A program made the position numbers and the translations under genes. From Candidatus Delongbacteria bacterium (GTDB lineage: Bacteria > CAIWAD01): a DNA stretch of 64,000 nucleotides. Positions 59,917 through 64,000 of this stretch are shown here, one piece after another. Under the pieces are notes generated by a model, which saw only the letters and a list, made by a program, of their open reading frames with translations, did no database searches and was not told where the DNA came from. The stretch's first letter is position 1; each line of letters starts with the position of its first letter. The DNA is taken from positions 1,472,001 through 1,536,000 of the forward strand of contig OY760505.1 in the NCBI GenBank assembly GCA_963663545.1. The letters run 5' to 3'.

Positions 59917-60126
59917 CTCCAGCTCCTTGGTTGTGATAACAATATAGCGGCTCCCACACTCAAAGGAAGTGCGGAAGAGGGCGATGCGCAAACTCCGCCA
60001 ACCGTGACACAAAAAGCAAGGTGGGAGATTCTCTCGGAAGCGGCTAAAACACTTGCCTCACAGGGTGGAGGATCGTTACTATCAGGGCACGCTCACAGCA
60101 CCAGAGGATAGCAAGAGGAGGAAGCG

Positions 60127-60534
60127 ATGCTACGCGGGTCAGTTTTGGCAGCACTCCTGCTACTGTGTGTCACAGTTTGCCAGGCTTTTACTGTGTCACA
60201 CATCAGACTCAACCATGAACTTCAGGCCATCGCCATCGACAGTCTAGTCCAGCGTCTGGACCACAACCCCGTGCTACACTGCCATTGTCTGCGCGTTCAG
60301 CAAGAGCTGGAATTGCGTCACGAGCGCGGCGACTATCGCGAGCTGATGGATCCCGTGCTGTTTGCACAGCGCATTGGCAAAGACGTGACACATCTGCTGA
60401 TGAGTCGTCCCGTGCTGGATCAGCCCCTGCTGCTCTTCCGCCAGGAATTCATGCGCTATCAGCAACGGGAGCGGCATCCCGATCCCAGGGAGCTGGAATC
60501 CATCCTGGTGTTCGAGACACCACCGGAATCCTGA
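60127..60534 (+). CDS. Hypothetical secreted protein
   Basis: GAGGAG RBS, signal peptide, followed by a terminator. Confidence 0.65.
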   Translation: MLRGSVLAALLLLCVTVCQAFTVSHIRLNHELQAIAIDSLVQRLDHNPVLHCHCLRVQQELELRHERGDYRELMDPVLFAQRIGKDVTHLLMSRPVLDQPLLLFRQEFMRYQQRERHPDPRELESILVFETPPES

Positions 60535-60561
60535 TCTGCATTTGTATCACAATTCAAGAGC

Positions 60562-60586
60562 AAAAAACCCGCCGGAAGGCGGGTTT
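60562..60586. terminator. Bidirectional terminator flanked by two TTGTATCACAAT copies
   Basis: AAAAAACCCGCC-GGAA-GGCGGGTTT; motif copies at 60543 and 60592. Confidence 0.8.
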
Positions 60587-60609
60587 CATTTTGTATCACA
60601 ATCAATCGA

Positions 60610-61740
60610 TCAATGCAGTCGATAGCGCAGTGCGAGCCCCCAGCGTAGCACATAAAAATCCTTCAGCTCCGCCAGGCCCTCGTAGGGGCCTTCTGTAACA
60701 CGCCACTCACGTTCAATCATGGGAGTCACGCTTAGCTGATCCAACACGTCCCAGCGCGCCGAAAAGGCCAGCAGGTAACGGCGATCGTGACGACCAGAAT
60801 GAAGGGGATCATCCAGCTCCGTCATCTCGCTCTGATACCAGCGGTCGCGCAGTGTGAAATCCAGACCCAGCGGCAGCTCGCGCTTCCACCAGGATAGTGG
60901 CAGGTCGTAGCCAAGCGACAAGTTGTAGCGATCTTCTTCGTTGCTGCCATCACCGCCCTCGTCGTCCTCGCCGGGAAGAATGGGCGTGATACGCGTTGGA
61001 TCGTAACCCACGTTGTCATTCACCGTATAGCGGTACTCCACGGCCACATCCACGTCGGCCGGCATGCGCCAGGAGAATTCAGCGCCCAGCGACCAACTCT
61101 CGGTGTCGTACTCGGTGAACCACTCGTTGTACCAGGTGTCCTCCAGCATCCAGCTCAGCTCCAGTCCGGGACGCTGCAGCCAGGGGCCGAAGTCGTTAGC
61201 ACGGGCACGGGCGCGAAGGCGGAACTGGTTGCTATCGAAAGTACAACCGCGTGTCTCGCCTGTATCACGGTCGTTGAACTGCCGCAGATAGAAATTGTCC
61301 AGATAGAGATAGCTGAAATCGACGCCCCAACCTGCACGCGGACGCCATCCTGCTATCAGCTGACTGCTACTGTAGCCGTTGGCCGAGCTGGACTCGTACT
61401 GCACGAGCTTGCCGTACCAGTCGAATTCCAGGCGGCCGCGGCCCGCACGGGAACCGGTGACCTTCTGCAACCAGGCGGCCAGGCCCTCTTTCGAGTGCAA
61501 CGGCAGGTTGTAGCCAGCGTGCACGCGGTGCTCGAACTTGAGCGCGGCGGCGCCTTCCACGTCCGTCTGAAATCCGGGATCCGCATCCAGGCGATCCATC
61601 TCGCTGTCGGACAGACGCAGGACGTTGTCGTCGGCCAGTACCCGCTCCTCCAGATCCAGCGACCAGTCAATTCCGGCGGCCGTGAGTCGGGAAGCTAACA
61701 GGCTGAGGCACAGAAGCGGCAGCATCCTCTGCATGGGCAT
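60610..61740 (-). CDS. Putative outer-membrane beta-barrel protein
   Basis: Signal peptide, DDNV motif, alternating aromatic strands, C-terminal GLALRYRL. Confidence 0.7.
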   Translation of the reverse strand: MPMQRMLPLLCLSLLASRLTAAGIDWSLDLEERVLADDNVLRLSDSEMDRLDADPGFQTDVEGAAALKFEHRVHAGYNLPLHSKEGLAAWLQKVTGSRAGRGRLEFDWYGKLVQYESSSANGYSSSQLIAGWRPRAGWGVDFSYLYLDNFYLRQFNDRDTGETRGCTFDSNQFRLRARARANDFGPWLQRPGLELSWMLEDTWYNEWFTEYDTESWSLGAEFSWRMPADVDVAVEYRYTVNDNVGYDPTRITPILPGEDDEGGDGSNEEDRYNLSLGYDLPLSWWKRELPLGLDFTLRDRWYQSEMTELDDPLHSGRHDRRYLLAFSARWDVLDQLSVTPMIEREWRVTEGPYEGLAELKDFYVLRWGLALRYRLH

Positions 61741-62678
61741 CACTCGCTGTTTTTGAGACTGCTCCGCGGAATCAGACAACGCATGTTGACTTCACGTCCG
61801 CTGTCCTTGAACTGCAGCGTGTACTCGTGGCGTCCCTCGGGCACTTCGATGTAGAAGACGTCGCCCTTGCCGGGCACGCTGTCCCGTTTCTCGTCATATT
61901 CGGCCACATCGCTGCGCTGGCTCTCGAGCACGTAGGTGTTCTTCAGCTTGCCGTCTTCAAAGGCCTTGATCATGTAGCGCTGACGGCCACTCATGGTGGT
62001 GTTCCAGTCGAGACGGGCAATGACCTTCATGAAGGTCGGGCCGATCACGTTCACCTTGATGTCTTCGCCGGTGCGCAGCGCGTAATACGGAACGCTTGAC
62101 TCGTGAACGACCACATTGCGAATGCCTTTGTGGATATGCGGCACGATGTCAATGTTCTGACCACGCGGAATCGGGTTGACGTACTGTTTGCGCATGCGCA
62201 GATAGACGGTCTCGGCGGCGCCTTCGCCCAGTTCGATGCGAACACGATGAGTTCCGGGACCAATTTTGATCACGTCGTCGCGGCTGACCGAAAGCTTGGC
62301 GCCTTCGCCCTGCAGGCGCGCCGTGCGCGAACGCGCGATGCTGTGCCGCAGTGTCTTGGCGTTTTCGCCATCCACCGTGTAAGTGAAGCTGTAGCGCTTG
62401 CCCTTTACCCGGCGCTCATAGGGAACGCGGCTGTAGATTTTGATTTCCGCCGGGCCATTCAGTTCGAACTCGGCGGCGTGGGAAGCGTCCAGCTCATAGT
62501 AGCTGCGCACTTTGCCTTCCACCTCGACCTTCTGGCGACGGCTGTTCTGCGGGCGTAGGCTGGTCCAGGCCGCCAGCGCTTCTCCCGCCATCAACACCAC
62601 GACCAGAGTCGCGACGAAAGCGGGGAGCAGGCGGCCAAAGCTTCGTGAGGTGGGATCAGAACTCGTTCTCTGCTTCAT
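61740..62678 (-). CDS. Hypothetical exported basic protein with two similar beta-rich halves
   Basis: Signal peptide; YYEL..NGPAEIKIYSR / YYAL..IGPTFMKVIAR duplication. Confidence 0.7.
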   Translation of the reverse strand: MKQRTSSDPTSRSFGRLLPAFVATLVVVLMAGEALAAWTSLRPQNSRRQKVEVEGKVRSYYELDASHAAEFELNGPAEIKIYSRVPYERRVKGKRYSFTYTVDGENAKTLRHSIARSRTARLQGEGAKLSVSRDDVIKIGPGTHRVRIELGEGAAETVYLRMRKQYVNPIPRGQNIDIVPHIHKGIRNVVVHESSVPYYALRTGEDIKVNVIGPTFMKVIARLDWNTTMSGRQRYMIKAFEDGKLKNTYVLESQRSDVAEYDEKRDSVPGKGDVFYIEVPEGRHEYTLQFKDSGREVNMRCLIPRSSLKNSE

Positions 62679-62698
62679 GGGAGAATCCATTCCTTAAC

Positions 62699-63835
62699 TC
62701 AAATCATGTCGTCGGGATCGGCATTCGCTTCGCGCAGCTGTTGCAGCCGCAGATCAAAACGAATGACCACCAGTACAAGCACCGTCATGATCAGCACGGC
62801 AACGAGCACAACACGCAGATCGTAACGCTCTGTGACGAAAGTTGCACCATCGCCGGGCTCGGGAACCGCATTGAAGCGCAGGGGCAGACCATTGTCCTGC
62901 AGCAGCTTCTCAAAAAGGTGATTGCGGTACTTCAAGTTGATTACCGGCACGTTGTGGCGACTGAAGTAATGAATCACGCCCTCACGGGGATAATTCATCG
63001 GCTGAACGTGCTTGATGACACCCAGCGGAAGCAGCTGCCCATTCTCCACATGCCCCAAGCTGGCAACACCGCCGCCAATATTGAGGAAGGTGCCATAGCC
63101 GGCGGGCGAACCCTTGAGCTGCTCGGTGAACAAGTCAACGCGAATGCGAATGGCATCATCGACCGAAGGCGGGTTCAGATAGGGCACATCATTGCGCTCA
63201 ACGGCCTGGCGCAAGAGCGCGCGGCCTTCGGGCGGCAGACTGCGACCGCGATCGTCCGCACCTCCGGCGCTGGCGGCGATGCTCTTGTAGTCGAAGAGCC
63301 CCGACTCACGCAGCGCGGCTTCCATGTCAAGCCAGGTGAAGAGCGGATCGGTGGCCCCGTACCAGGAGGAGCTGACCGAGGTAATGATCACCGGATCGAT
63401 GCCCATTATCTTGCAGGCCGAGAATGCCGCCAGGTTCAGCGCGGGAAAGGAACCCGACACGCACATGGCCAACTTGTCGCCTCGCTCCAGGCCTGCATCG
63501 TAGAAGAGGTCGACCATCATCGCCGCTGTGTTGGGATTGACCGTCATCAGCTTAGCAGCATGGTTGCCCTCGAGGGTGGTGATCAGCGTGTTCTTCTGGC
63601 CCACAAGCATAGTGGCGAAGGGATCGTTGATCTCGTCGGCAATGGCGGCTTCGGGCGCGGAACTCTCGCGCAGCACGTCCATGCCCTGCAGCATCAATTC
63701 CGCAGCCGCCAACTTCTCATCATAATGCGGCTGACGGGCGTCAACGCGACTGTACTCGGCCCAATTGTAGAGGCCGTACGCAACAATGGCCAGGACCAGC
63801 AAGGTCCAGTTGGACTTCAGACTAGGCTTAAACAT
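62699..63835 (-). CDS. pgsW: Poly-gamma-glutamate system protein
   Basis: ITTLEGNHAAKLMTVNPN, SGSFPALN, SSSWYGA, AGGADDRG, NIGGG; downstream of pgsC. Confidence 0.85.
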   Translation of the reverse strand: MFKPSLKSNWTLLVLAIVAYGLYNWAEYSRVDARQPHYDEKLAAAELMLQGMDVLRESSAPEAAIADEINDPFATMLVGQKNTLITTLEGNHAAKLMTVNPNTAAMMVDLFYDAGLERGDKLAMCVSGSFPALNLAAFSACKIMGIDPVIITSVSSSWYGATDPLFTWLDMEAALRESGLFDYKSIAASAGGADDRGRSLPPEGRALLRQAVERNDVPYLNPPSVDDAIRIRVDLFTEQLKGSPAGYGTFLNIGGGVASLGHVENGQLLPLGVIKHVQPMNYPREGVIHYFSRHNVPVINLKYRNHLFEKLLQDNGLPLRFNAVPEPGDGATFVTERYDLRVVLVAVLIMTVLVLVVIRFDLRLQQLREANADPDDMI

Positions 63836-64000
63836 GGGCAATCAACTCCCCGCCGGTGACGAGCATCATCAGCAAGCGAACGCAAGAGGCCACCAGCAAC
63901 AGGCACATCAGGGTTTTGAAGACGCCCTGCTTGTCCATCCAGTTGGCAATTAGGCCGGGGATAATGAATCCAACAGCCTGAAACTGCAGATCAACGCCAA
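63828..64000 (-). CDS. pgsC: Poly-gamma-glutamate biosynthesis protein PgsC/CapC (3' part, truncated by window edge)
   Basis: AVGFIIPGLIANWMDKQGVFKTL; stop overlaps the pgsW start. Confidence 0.85.
   Translation of the reverse strand, partial: GVDLQFQAVGFIIPGLIANWMDKQGVFKTLMCLLLVASCVRLLMMLVTGGELIAHV

Larger units (their letters stand above)
337..61268. repeat. Dispersed highly iterated octamer TGTATCAC/GTGATACA (variant TGTGTCAC/GTGACACA)
   Basis: Manual scan found about 68 exact copies (about 34 per orientation), e.g. 337, 1767, 1794, 5516, 5704, 8396, 21798, 21995, 22087, 38464, 38497, 57284, 57348, 60543, 60592, 61261, plus about 23 copies of the variant; about 1-2 expected by chance. 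Confidence 0.95.

Noticed and set aside
337..61268. Octamer as Chi/KOPS, CRISPR repeat or transcription-factor regulon
   Set aside because: No strand polarity, no regular spacing, and most copies lie deep inside coding regions
1..64000. CRISPR arrays, IS elements, prophage or rRNA
   Set aside because: No repeat-spacer array, transposase, integrase, phage structural gene or rRNA sequence seen

Overview
A 64 kb chromosomal window from a moderately GC-rich diderm bacterium. An FCB-superphylum lineage is inferred from YPNPFNP-type secretion C-terminal domains and a short primary-type sigma70. It is mostly housekeeping genes: pgm, rel, dnaB, coaBC, rpoZ, gmk, yicC, degP, dacB, a nucleoside-salvage operon, lipA, tRNA-Lys, rnz, lat, nadE, rsmI, lgt and tmk. 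It also holds secreted proteins, a three-gene HipBST-type toxin-antitoxin locus with a decayed islet, and the 3' part of a poly-gamma-glutamate operon. The main unexplained signals are: (1) the octamer TGTATCAC/GTGATACA repeated about 68 times (manual count, roughly 1 per kb, both strands about equally, in all coding frames and in terminator hairpins), resembling an undescribed DNA-uptake or HIP1-like sequence; (2) a selenoprotein gene whose 5' end the ORF track missed (in-frame UGA in C-G-U plus a SECIS hairpin), encoding a UshA-like/multiheme lipoprotein beside a non-Sec paralog; (3) an intergenic DnaA-box/IHF cluster; (4) a probable internal promoter and start inside an AraC-GyrI gene; (5) a structured leader upstream of cdd. 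All counts and motif calls were made by eye, and start codons were adjusted from RBS and overlap context.
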